Counted from the first letter of the stretch, positions 7,202 to 16,400 are shown. The stretch: DNA of 38,188 nucleotides from an uncultured Verrucomicrobiota bacterium (GCA_903858835.1 CAIOKD010000244.1:1-38188), one strand, 5' to 3'. Numbers and translations are program-made. Notes: generated from the letters alone by a model not told the origin.

Positions 7202-9989
7202 TGAGGTTGAGCATCAGCAGGCAGGCGCTCTCCAGCGCCCGATGGCGGGCCCAGTCGCTGGCACGATCCGGCCAGAGCGGCCGGGGTTCCCCGCCGGCGG
7301 GAATCCAGCGAGCATGATCGAGACCCACGCCCGAACCCCAGGCGCGGACCCCCAGGGATCCGACGGCGGGAGAGCCCGGCGGTAGGGTCGCCTGCAGCAG
7401 CGTGGCCGGTTCACCCACCAGGTGCACGGCCACGCGATCCCCCTGCAGGCGGATGCGCAGCGGCAATCGATCCCACTTCATGGAAACGCCGTCGCGCGAA
7501 ACCAGAGAGACGGCCGAGGCCGACGCGAGTCGTCTCAACCCCAGGCGGCCTTCCTTGGGCTCGAACACCAACTCCAGACCCGATTCTGCCGATCCCCCCG
7601 TCGGCACCGAGGCGCGCAGGAGGAGACCCACCTGCGAACAACCTACCTGCGGCACCAACTCCACCTGCCACTCGCCGTCGCCGACCGGGGCTCCGCGCCA
7701 GAGCGCGAAGGGACCGCGGCCCGGCTCCAAGGCTCGATTGCCCTCGTACTCGCGGGGCCAGAGCCCCTTGTGGCATTCCCAATCGGGACCGGGCGGCACC
7801 AGGAACCGGGCGGCCGGCAACGCGTTGAAATAGGGCACCGACAGCGTGTCGGGCACGTCGGGACGGAAGGACAACCGGTGTTGCAGTCCGGCCCACACCG
7901 ACGCCTGTCGATCCAGGAACGCCGATAGGCGATCCGACTCGTCGGGTCGTGGCCTCCGACCGGTGGCCCGGGTCCAGGCCCGCTCGAGGCGCTGGCGGTC
8001 GGTCGCCGCGGCACCGGTCTCCGCTCGCACCCGTTGCGCCAGAGCGGCGGCCTGTTCCTGGACGAAGACGTCGTTCAGGAGCATCAGCGCCTGCGGAGCC
8101 ACCGTGGTCACCGGACGTTCCGACAAGGGCGAGGTGGCGTTGCTGTAGTCGAAGGCCTCGAACATCGGGACCATGGAGGTCCGGCGGATGTAGGCATAGA
8201 CGCTGCGCCGGGAGCGCTCCCCCGGCGACGAGACCTGCCAGTCGGTGCCCGGACGGGAACCGCCGGCCAGCACCTCGCCGCTGAGGGACGGAAAGAACCC
8301 CCGGCCGCCCGACTCGAGATTCAGCGAACCGGAGACCGCTAGCAGGGTGTCCCTCAAGGCCTCGGCATCGAGGCGACGGAGGTTCTGACGCCACAGCCAT
8401 TCGTTGGCGGGATCGGCCTCGACCGCCGCTGGATCGCCTCCCTTCGATGATTGCCGCCACGTGGCCGAGGTGAGGATGAGCCGGTGCAGGGCCTTGATCG
8501 ACCACCCCTGGCGGATGAACTCGCCCGCCAGCCAATCGAGGAGTTCGGGATGGCTCGGAAGCCCGCCCACGCGGCCGAAATCGGCGGTAGTGCGGACCAG
8601 TCCGCGGCCGAAATGGTGATGCCACACCCGGTTCACCCAGACCCGGGCCGTCAGCGGATTGGCCGGACTGGCGATCCAATCGGCGAGGGCCAGGCGCCGG
8701 TGGGACTCGGAGGGTGCCCTCCCGCCCGCGGCAAGTCGTGCATCGCCCCCGCCGGCGGCCCTCAGGAACCCGGGCACGACCTCCGCACCGGGAGACCGGG
8801 GGTTGCCACGGGAAAGCACCTGAACGGTCGGCGCGGGTCCACCCCGTTCCCGAGCGGCCAGGGCCCATTCGAACGGCGGCTCGGCCTTCTGGAGGGCCTC
8901 GATGCGCCGGGACAGCTCCTTGCGAAGGGTCTCGTCGGTGGTCGCCGCCCTCCGGGCCTCCAGTTCGTGACGCTGGCGCTCCTGCCCGGCCTTCCACTCC
9001 GCGATCTCCGCCGGGGTCGCCAGCGGGGCGAACAAGGGCGAATCCAGGCCCGGGCCACCGCCCACCCCCACATGGAGCGGACGGAACAAGGCCAGCATCG
9101 CGTAGTAGTCGTGCTGCGGAATCGGATCGAACTTGTGGTCATGGCATCGGGCGCAGGCGACGGTCATGCCCAGGAAGGCCGCGCCCGTCGTCCCCACGAT
9201 GTCATCCAGCTCGTCATACTCGGCCTGGAGCTTGTCGTCGGGTTCGTCGTCATGGACCCCGAGGCGCAGGAACCCGGTGGCAACGACGGCATCCTTCCAG
9301 GCCTCGCCCGCGCGCCCTCCGGCCTCCACCAGCGACGGGGCCAAGGCGTCTCCGGCGATCTGCTCGCGGATGAAGCGGTCGTAGGGCTTGTCCTGGTTGA
9401 AGGCACTGATCACATAGTCGCGATAGCGCCAGGCCTCGCGCTTCTCGGAGTCGCGCTCGTAGCCATTGCTCTGGGCGAACCTGACGATATCCAGCCAATG
9501 CCGTCCCCAGCGCTCGCCATAGGTCGGGCTGGCCAACAGCGTGTCGACGCGACGAGCCCACGCTGCCGGGGATGGATCCCGCTCAAAGTCCGCGATCTCC
9601 TCCGGGGTTGGAGGCAAACCCACCAGGTCGAGATACAGTCGGCGCAGGAGCTCGCGCGGGCTGGCCTGCGGGCTGGGCCGCAGCCCCTTCGCGGCCAACC
9701 GCTCGAGGATGAAGGCGTCGATGGGATGCTGCGGATCTTCCGGGCCGGATCGCCCGACCTCGGCCGCGATGCTGGGAACCCGCGGCGAGGACAGCGGACG
9801 GAACGCCCACCAGTCCTGGGACGTCGTTCCCGATCCCGCCAGTCCTGCCTCCGCCCCGACGGATCGGACTGAAGCCAGGATCAGCCCGGCGACCAACGCC
9901 ACCCACGCCCAAGCAACCGCCCCCGAGAAAAACCCTCCGGAACCCGACCGACGGCCCGGATCATTGGTAAGGTTACGGTGGCGAGGCAT
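7179..9989 (-). CDS. PSCyt2 (DUF1549) + PSD1 (DUF1553) domain protein with an extra ~200-aa domain inserted near the C-terminus
   Basis: Track ORF of 936 aa with an N-terminal hydrophobic anchor/signal (AVAWAWVALVAGLILASV). The DUF1549 block is HPIDAFILERLAAKGLRPSPQASPRELLRRLYLDLVGLPPTPEEI. The DUF1553 block is CARCHDHKFDPIPQHDYYAMLALF. The terminal PSD1-like motif ALESACLLMLNLNEVAYVD parallels ALEDVFWALLNSPEFVLNH in the paralog at 25609..29169. Confidence 0.9.
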   Translation of the reverse strand: MPRHRNLTNDPGRRSGSGGFFSGAVAWAWVALVAGLILASVRSVGAEAGLAGSGTTSQDWWAFRPLSSPRVPSIAAEVGRSGPEDPQHPIDAFILERLAAKGLRPSPQASPRELLRRLYLDLVGLPPTPEEIADFERDPSPAAWARRVDTLLASPTYGERWGRHWLDIVRFAQSNGYERDSEKREAWRYRDYVISAFNQDKPYDRFIREQIAGDALAPSLVEAGGRAGEAWKDAVVATGFLRLGVHDDEPDDKLQAEYDELDDIVGTTGAAFLGMTVACARCHDHKFDPIPQHDYYAMLALFRPLHVGVGGGPGLDSPLFAPLATPAEIAEWKAGQERQRHELEARRAATTDETLRKELSRRIEALQKAEPPFEWALAARERGGPAPTVQVLSRGNPRSPGAEVVPGFLRAAGGGDARLAAGGRAPSESHRRLALADWIASPANPLTARVWVNRVWHHHFGRGLVRTTADFGRVGGLPSHPELLDWLAGEFIRQGWSIKALHRLILTSATWRQSSKGGDPAAVEADPANEWLWRQNLRRLDAEALRDTLLAVSGSLNLESGGRGFFPSLSGEVLAGGSRPGTDWQVSSPGERSRRSVYAYIRRTSMVPMFEAFDYSNATSPLSERPVTTVAPQALMLLNDVFVQEQAAALAQRVRAETGAAATDRQRLERAWTRATGRRPRPDESDRLSAFLDRQASVWAGLQHRLSFRPDVPDTLSVPYFNALPAARFLVPPGPDWECHKGLWPREYEGNRALEPGRGPFALWRGAPVGDGEWQVELVPQVGCSQVGLLLRASVPTGGSAESGLELVFEPKEGRLGLRRLASASAVSLVSRDGVSMKWDRLPLRIRLQGDRVAVHLVGEPATLLQATLPPGSPAVGSLGVRAWGSGVGLDHARWIPAGGEPRPLWPDRASDWARHRALESACLLMLNLNEVAYVD

Positions 9990-10063
9990 TCAGTTACGGT
10001 TCCGCGGCGACCCCATCGAGTCAAGGTTGCCCGACCCACGCCAGAAATCCCGCGGTCCCGGGG

Positions 10064-10091
10064 GGTCCGTCCGCCCGAAGGCCGACGGACC
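10064..10091 (-). terminator. GC-rich hairpin downstream of the lectin-like gene (terminator-like, no U-tract)
   Basis: GGTCCGTCCGCC (10064-10075) pairs with GGCCGACGGACC (10080-10091), 12 bp with one mismatch, around a CGAA loop. It lies in the 132-bp gap between stop 10122 and the next start at 9989. Confidence 0.35.
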
Positions 10092-10121
10092 GCACCCGGG
10101 ATTCGGCGCACGCGCGCCACC

Positions 10122-13100
10122 TCACTTCCTCAAGCGGAAGAACTGCTGGGCCGCCGAGACCGGCAGGGTGGCCGAGTTGCCGGAGACCCCGGACACCGCA
10201 GTCCAGGCGCCCCCAAGGCTCGATGCGCTTTCGAGGGTGAAGCCGGTGGCGTCGGCCGGCCAGGAGATCACCAGGGTGTCACCGCTTCGGACCGCGGAGA
10301 TCGTCACCGGCTTGGCGGGCGCATCGGCGGAGATTTCCTCCGCGGTCATCTCGAGGAAGGCGATCTTGCAGTTCACGGCGCCGTCGGCATCCGAAGCCGT
10401 GACGGTCAGACGTCCGTCCTCCACCTTCACCGGCTTGGTCCCCTCGCGGAAACGCTCGGTGGTGGTGCAAGGGTCACCGTTCACCACCAGCACATCCTCG
10501 GCCTTGATGCGAATGGTCTGGTCGAAGTTGTTCGGCTCGCCGCCCACGATCCGAACCGAGTAGGTACCATTCGGCACGCCGATCTCCCACACCCACGGGC
10601 CACCCGGCTTTTGCATGTGGTTGAAGGTGTCGTACCGCTCGTCGGGCGCCAGCGCCTTGTCGGTCTGGTCCCGGTTCCGTGCATTGCCCGAGTTGTCCTT
10701 GTTCCAGCCGTAGCTGTACCCGTTGCCCCGGTCGGCGAAGGGCACGCCATTGTCGGGCAGGTACCCTGGGAAGCCCGCCGAGGTGGAATTCTGGAAGTTC
10801 ACCCGGAGCACGCTCTTGATCTCCATGAAGGCGATCTTGCAGTTCACCGCGCCGTCGGCATCGGAGGCCGTGACGGTCAAGCGTCCGTCCTCGACGTTGA
10901 CCAGGGCGGTCCCCTCGCGGAAGCGCTCGGTGGTGGTGCAGGGGTCGCCGTTCACCACCAGCACATCCTCGGCTTTGATACGGATCGTCTGGTCGAAGTT
11001 GTTGGCCTCGCCGCCCACGATGTGCACCGAGTAGGTGCCGTTCGGCACGGCAATCTCCCACACCCAAGGACCACCCGGCTTCTGCATGTGATTGAAGGTG
11101 TCGTACCGCTCGTCGGGCGCGAGCGCCTTGTCGGTCTGGTCCCGGTTCCGCGCGTTGCCCGAATTGTCCTTGTTCCAGCCATAGCTGTACCCGTTGCCAC
11201 GGTCCGCGAAGGGCACGCCATTGTCGGGCAAATAACCCGGAAAACCAGCCGAGGTGGAGTTCTGAAAGTTGATCTTCACCGACGACAACCCTGCGGAGAC
11301 GGCCGCGGCCTCCGCCGTCGTGAACTGCCACTCCTGGCTCACCGTCTGGGGGTTCGCCCCGGTCGTCTTGTAGGCGACCCGCACCGTCGCGGGGGCCTTG
11401 CCGGGCAGGGAGGACGGGGCCCGGAAGCTGACCAGCGTGTCGGTCCCGGTCTTCGTCACGGTCGGGGTCGCCGCGACGCCGTTCAGGGCGACCTGCACCG
11501 ACGCGGGATCCAGGGCCAACGCCGTGTCGCGCACCAGGACGTCGATCTTGGGCTTGATGCTCACGTCCACCTCTCCCTGGCTCGGGGATGCGGTGAGGAT
11601 GAAGGGCGGAAGCTCGGGCACCCCGGCCGCGCGGGCCCGGTAGGCCTTGATCGCTCCGGCCGTGTTCGGATCGTTGACGAGCACCTTGGATCCGTCGGCC
11701 AGGACGGAGAAGAACTCCACTGATCCGTTGCCGGTGCCGTCGTAGTAGAACAACCGGATCGGATACAACCCGGCCTGCTCGACGACGAATGAGCAGAGGG
11801 TGTCGCTTGCACCACGGCCCCCCTCGAAATTACCCAGCAAGGTGGCCAGGGCAGAACGGGGATCAGGAGAACCCGACAGCAGCTTGAACCCGTCATCGCT
11901 GTTGACCCCCAACGTGACCAGGCCCGCTTGAAGGTCGAGGTAGGTCAGGATCTCCAGCGCATAGCGGTCGACCCAGCCGTCGGTGCCCGGGATGCCCGGG
12001 GTGCGCCGGTCGTCCTGGAAATTGCCCGCCACTCCCCCGAGGTCCTCGTAGTTGATGGTCTCCTCCTCGACGAACAGGCCATCGGGCCCTGCGGCCGAGA
12101 GGTCGGCGGTGTTCTCGTAGGGCTTGCCCGTGGCGCCGTCGATGGCGATGCCGGCGAGCAGGGCCTCGTAGGGCGCCGAGGAGGTCACGAAGACCGAGTC
12201 GAGCCTCGCCTTCACCGTGCGGATGGTGAATCCGGGCTTCGACTTGTCGATCTGGCTGGCGGGCACCGCACGGGCCGACTCCAGGCTGCGGTAGGATTCG
12301 GTCACGAAGGTCCAGGCGAACACCTGCTCCACCGGAGGGGTGGCGGTGTCCTTGAAACGCAGTTCCACCTGGTTGGTGGATCCCGAGGGCAGAAGCCCGG
12401 GCGGATCGAAGGTCACGGTGGTGTCGGCCCCGCTGGTCGTGACCTGCGCCGTGACGGCCGCCCCGTTGAGCTTCAGTTGCACGGTGCCGGGCGCGACCTT
12501 GGTGGCCGAATCCTGGAGCGTCGCCGAGATGACGGAGGTCGCCAGGACACCCAGGCCCTGCGGCGCGGCGGCACTCACGGTGGGTCCGGACGGGCCGGTG
12601 GTGACGGTGGTGATGCTGATGTCGTCGACCCAATGGTTGTCGAAGGAACCGCCGGTCCGGGCTCCGAAGGCGAAGCGGCCGGCGGTGGGCGTGAATGCCC
12701 CGATCAGGTTCGAGTAGATCACCGCGTTGTCCACCGAGACATCGAGGGTTCCATCGTTGTCCACCTTGACCTGGACGTTCACGAAGGCGTCCTTCCTGAA
12801 CACCAGGCCGACCCCCTTCACGGAAGCGATCAGGTTTCCGCCCTTGCGCACGTCGATGGCCGGCGCCTCGCCGCCCCCGTTGTCGTAGGTGTCGAAGCAG
12901 AGGCTGAAGCCGGAGCCCGCGCCCTCCTCGCCGATCCCACCATCGGGGATGTCGCCGGCGAAGTTGAAGCTGAACCCGTCGGCGCCGCTGCCACCGCCGA
13001 TCCGGAGCTTGAAGTTGGCCGTGAACCCATGGACCACCTGGCCGCCGTCCAGGTCGTTGAGGATCATCGCTCCCTGCTGGCTCCCGACGAGTTTGGTCAG

Positions 13101-13286
13101 CTTGAGAACGCCCGCCTCGATGACGCCCGCATTGCCTTCCCCGTTATCGCCGAACAAGGTGGCACCCGCCGGAAGCCCGGAAGAGAAGTCGGTGCTGAAC
13201 GAACCAGCCCGCAGAACAGGGGCCGAACCCATCAGGGTCAGGGCGAACAGGGTCGCGAGGGAGGATTTGGGTAGGGGTTTGCTCAT
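10122..13286 (-). CDS. Secreted multi-domain lectin-like protein: ConA/LamG-like domain, Ig-like domains, PA14-like domain, two tandem malectin/CBM-like domains and a short C-terminal beta module
   Basis: Track ORF of 1054 aa with an ATG start and the Sec signal MSKPLPKSSLATLFALTLMGSAPVLRA. The N-terminal block (GFTANFKLRIGGGSGADGFSFNF...GFSLCFDTYDN...FGARTGGSFDNHWVDDISI) reads as an L-type lectin/LamG jelly roll. LYPIRLFYYDGTGNGSVEFFSV is PA14-like. Two ~150-aa copies follow, each starting NFQNSTSAGFPGYLPDNGVPFADRGNGYSYGWNKD and ending NCKIAF. Domain names are motif-level inferences. Confidence 0.85.
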   Translation of the reverse strand: MSKPLPKSSLATLFALTLMGSAPVLRAGSFSTDFSSGLPAGATLFGDNGEGNAGVIEAGVLKLTKLVGSQQGAMILNDLDGGQVVHGFTANFKLRIGGGSGADGFSFNFAGDIPDGGIGEEGAGSGFSLCFDTYDNGGGEAPAIDVRKGGNLIASVKGVGLVFRKDAFVNVQVKVDNDGTLDVSVDNAVIYSNLIGAFTPTAGRFAFGARTGGSFDNHWVDDISITTVTTGPSGPTVSAAAPQGLGVLATSVISATLQDSATKVAPGTVQLKLNGAAVTAQVTTSGADTTVTFDPPGLLPSGSTNQVELRFKDTATPPVEQVFAWTFVTESYRSLESARAVPASQIDKSKPGFTIRTVKARLDSVFVTSSAPYEALLAGIAIDGATGKPYENTADLSAAGPDGLFVEEETINYEDLGGVAGNFQDDRRTPGIPGTDGWVDRYALEILTYLDLQAGLVTLGVNSDDGFKLLSGSPDPRSALATLLGNFEGGRGASDTLCSFVVEQAGLYPIRLFYYDGTGNGSVEFFSVLADGSKVLVNDPNTAGAIKAYRARAAGVPELPPFILTASPSQGEVDVSIKPKIDVLVRDTALALDPASVQVALNGVAATPTVTKTGTDTLVSFRAPSSLPGKAPATVRVAYKTTGANPQTVSQEWQFTTAEAAAVSAGLSSVKINFQNSTSAGFPGYLPDNGVPFADRGNGYSYGWNKDNSGNARNRDQTDKALAPDERYDTFNHMQKPGGPWVWEIAVPNGTYSVHIVGGEANNFDQTIRIKAEDVLVVNGDPCTTTERFREGTALVNVEDGRLTVTASDADGAVNCKIAFMEIKSVLRVNFQNSTSAGFPGYLPDNGVPFADRGNGYSYGWNKDNSGNARNRDQTDKALAPDERYDTFNHMQKPGGPWVWEIGVPNGTYSVRIVGGEPNNFDQTIRIKAEDVLVVNGDPCTTTERFREGTKPVKVEDGRLTVTASDADGAVNCKIAFLEMTAEEISADAPAKPVTISAVRSGDTLVISWPADATGFTLESASSLGGAWTAVSGVSGNSATLPVSAAQQFFRLRK
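10350..11276. repeat. Intragenic tandem direct repeat, 2 copies with a 471-bp period (10350..10805 and 10821..11276)
   Basis: Equivalent codons sit exactly 471 nt apart: Glu codon 10350-10352 versus 10821-10823, and Asn codon 10797-10799 versus 11268-11270. The shadow ORFs 10481..10750 and 10952..11221 are also offset by 471 nt. By eye the copies match at about 9 in 10 nucleotides. Differences cluster in one short stretch (protein TKPVKV versus TALVNV). Confidence 0.9.
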
Positions 13287-13426
13287 GGGAAACGAACGCG
13301 TTTCGGGTTGCTGACAATTTCAGGGGATGACTTCGATTAAGGGTCCGCAACCCTAAAGTCAAAGCCAAACCCGCGGAAAGGCGCAGAAAACGCCCCCATA
13401 CCGCCCATACCGATCAACCCTTGGGG

Positions 13427-16400
13427 TCAACGGGAAGGGAGAGCACCGCGGCGATGGGCCATGAAGTAGAGCACGGGCACCGCCATGCGACTGATCAGGA
13501 GCGAGGCCACCTCCCCGGCCATGAGCGAGAGGGCCAGACCCTGGAAGATCGGGTCGGCCAGGATCACGGCCGCGCCGACAATGACCGCTGCGGCCGTGAG
13601 CACCATGGGCCGGAACCGCACCGCGCCCGCCTCGATGACCGCACGGTCCAGGGGCATGCCCTCGCGCAACCCCTGCTCGATGAAGTCCACCAGGATGATG
13701 GAATTTCGGACCACGATCCCCGCCCCCGCCATGAATCCGATCATGGAGGTGGCGGTGAAGAACGCGCCCATCGCGCCATGGGCCGGCAGGATGCCCACCA
13801 GCGAAAATGGGATGGCCACCATCACCAGGAGCGGGGTCAGGAAGGATCGGAACCACCCCACCATCAGCACATAAATGAGCACCAGCACCGCGGCAAAGGC
13901 GATGCCCAGGTCACGGAACACCTCCAGGGTGATGTGCCATTCCCCATCCCATTTCATGGCGGGTTCGGCATCCGTGAAGGGCATGGAGGCGTTGTGGATC
14001 CGTGGCTTTCCGGGCAATGCCGCCAGCTTCCGGTTCATCTCGGAAATGGCGTACACGGGGCTTTCGATCACCCCGGCCACATCGCCGATCACGTAGGTCA
14101 CCGGCATCAGGTTCTTGCGGTGACGACTCTTGTCCACACGGCCGGTCTCTAGCCGGACCAATTCGCGGAGCGGAACCAACGGCGGTCCCGCCTCGGTGGC
14201 GCCGGGTTCCGGTAAGGCGTTGCCATCACCGCTGCGGACCCGCAACGCCAGCAACTCCTCCGGGCGGACCCGGGCCGACCGCGGCAGCTGGAGCACCAGG
14301 TTGATGTCCTCCTTCTCGCGCGGCACGTGCAGCAGGTCCACCGACTCGCCGCCCACGGCGATGCGCAGGGTCTGAGAGAGCGTCTCGGCGCTGATGCCCA
14401 CCAGCGCGGCCTTCTCCTTGTCGATGACGAACCGGGTCTTGGGCTGGTCGGCCTCGACATACCAGTCCACATCGACGACACCCGGGGTGGACTGGAAGAT
14501 GGCGCGCACCTGTTCCGCCAGGCCCGAGCGCGCCTCGTCGGTGGGACCGTAGATCTCGGCGACCAGGGTCTGGAGCACCGGGGGGCCCGGCGGCACCTCG
14601 GCCACGGCCACGCGGGCGCCGAAGCGCTGAGCCACCCGGACCACCGCCGGCCGGATCCTCTTGGCGATGTCATGGCTCTGGGCCTTGCGGGCATGCTTGT
14701 CCACCAGATTGACCTGGATGTCGGCGACAGGGGCTCCCCGTCTCAAGAAGTAGTGCCGGACCAGGCCGTTGAAATTGAAGGGCGAGGCCACCCCCACATA
14801 CACCTGGTAGTCCTTCACCTCGGGCTCGTCGCGCACGGCCGCCGCGATCTCTCGGGCGGCCTGGGCCGTGCGCTCCAGCGAACTGTCCTCGGGCATGTTG
14901 AGGATGATCTGGAACTCCGATTTGTTGTCGAAGGGCAGCATCTTCACGGTCACCCAGCCTCCCACCACCATGGCCATGGCCCCGAGCAGCAGCGCGGTGA
15001 TGACGCCCAGGAACGACCACTGCCACAGCGGGTGATGCAGCAGGGGATCCATCACCCGGCGGTACAGGCGGGTCAGCACATCTTCGGAGGTCCCATGGCC
15101 TCCGCCGGAATGCAGGGCGGCCAGGCGGGCCTCGCCCCGGAACCAGCGCAGCATCCGGATGCTGGCCCAGGGGGTGACGACAAAGGCGATGAGCAGCGAC
15201 CAGAACATGGCCGCACTGGCCCCCACGGGGATCGGTCGCATGTACGGCCCCATGAGCCCACCCACGAACGCCATCGGCAGCACCGCGGCGATGACCGCGA
15301 AGGTGGCCAGGATCGTGGGGTTGCCCACCTCGCTGACCGCCTCCACGGCGATGACGCTCCAGGCCCTGCCCCGGTTCTGCGGCAGATGGAAATGCCGGAC
15401 GATGTTCTCCACCACCACGATCGCATCATCGACCAGGATGCCGATGCTGAAGATCAGCGCGAAGAGGGTGATCCGGTTGAGCGTGAACCCATACAGGTAG
15501 AAGACCAGCAGCGTGAGGGCCAGGGTGGCCGGGATGGCCACGGCAACGATCCCGGATTCACGCCAACCCAGGGTCAGCCAGATGAGCAGGGACACGCTCA
15601 CCACCGCGATGCCCATGTGGAGCAGCAGCTCGTTGGACTTCTCGGCCGCGGTCTCGCCGTAATGCCGGGTGACCGACACCGTCACCTCCGACGGGATCAG
15701 GCCGCCCTTCAGCGAGTCCACCTTGCGCAACACGTCCTCGGCCACCGAGATGGCATTGGCCCCCGGGCGCTTGCCGATGGCGAGCGTCACGGCCGGCTGC
15801 TCTCGGACCGGGCCCGCATTCGTCGAGGCGGCCCCCGTGCCGTGGAACACGTAGTTGGAGGGTTCCTCGGCACCGTCGACCACGTCGGCCACCTCACGCA
15901 GGTAGATGGGTCGGCCCGCCACCGCGCCGACCACCACAGTGCGGACATCCTCGGCGGACTGGAGGAAGGCCCCGGTCTCGATCACCACCGCCTGGTTCAT
16001 CGAGGTCAACTCGCCACTGCGAAACTGGCGGTTGGCCTGCCGGAGCCTGGGGATGATGCCGACCGGGCTGAGCCCGCGGGAGGCCAGTCGGGCCGGATCC
16101 AGGAGCACCCGCAGCTCCCGTCGCGCCCCGCCGATGATCGTGGTCTCGGCGACCCAGGGCACCTGCTTCACCGCATCGTCCACCTGCGAGACGAGCCGGC
16201 GCAGGGTCATGTGGTCATAACGGGCGCTGTGGAAGGTCAGCGCAAGGATCGGGACATCGTCGATGGAACGGGGCTTGATCAGCGGGAAGGCGACCCCATG
16301 GGGCATGCGATCCTGATTGGCCCGCAGCTTTTCCGAGACCTTCACCAGACTGGCGTCCGGGTCGGAACCCACCTTGAAGCGGACGATGGTCAGCGCCTCG

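Noticed and set aside
10350-11276. Tandem repeat considered as a CRISPR array, satellite or mobile-element repeat
   Set aside because: There are only two copies with a 471-bp period. They are in frame and encode a folded-domain-like sequence inside a long ORF, with no short repeat-spacer structure. This is a coding-domain duplication.
5570-11723. Long + strand and alternate-frame ORFs over the DUF1501/PSD1/lectin region (for example 5570..7168, 8451..9872, 9978..11723 and minus-frame 7411..8997)
   Set aside because: All overlap ORFs that have family motifs. Their translations are Arg/Gly/Pro-rich low-complexity sequence. The internal repeat seen in 9978..11723 simply mirrors the 471-bp duplication on the coding strand.
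13287-13426. Promoter for the lectin-like gene (TTGACT on the minus strand at 13357-13362)
   Set aside because: The -35-like hexamer has no acceptable -10 partner at 16-18 nt spacing (TAATCG or TTAATC), so I did not report a promoter.
10122-13426. Whether the gene after the RND pump could be the missing outer-membrane factor
   Set aside because: The 1054-aa product is built from lectin-, Ig- and PA14-like beta-sandwich segments. It has none of the TolC-type long helical repeats or OMF lipoprotein features.
13990-14140. DnaA-box-like 9-mers inside the RND gene (TTGTCCACA at about 14128; TGTGGATCC at about 13994)
   Set aside because: These are isolated imperfect matches inside a coding region far from dnaA. 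They are expected by chance and are not clustered.
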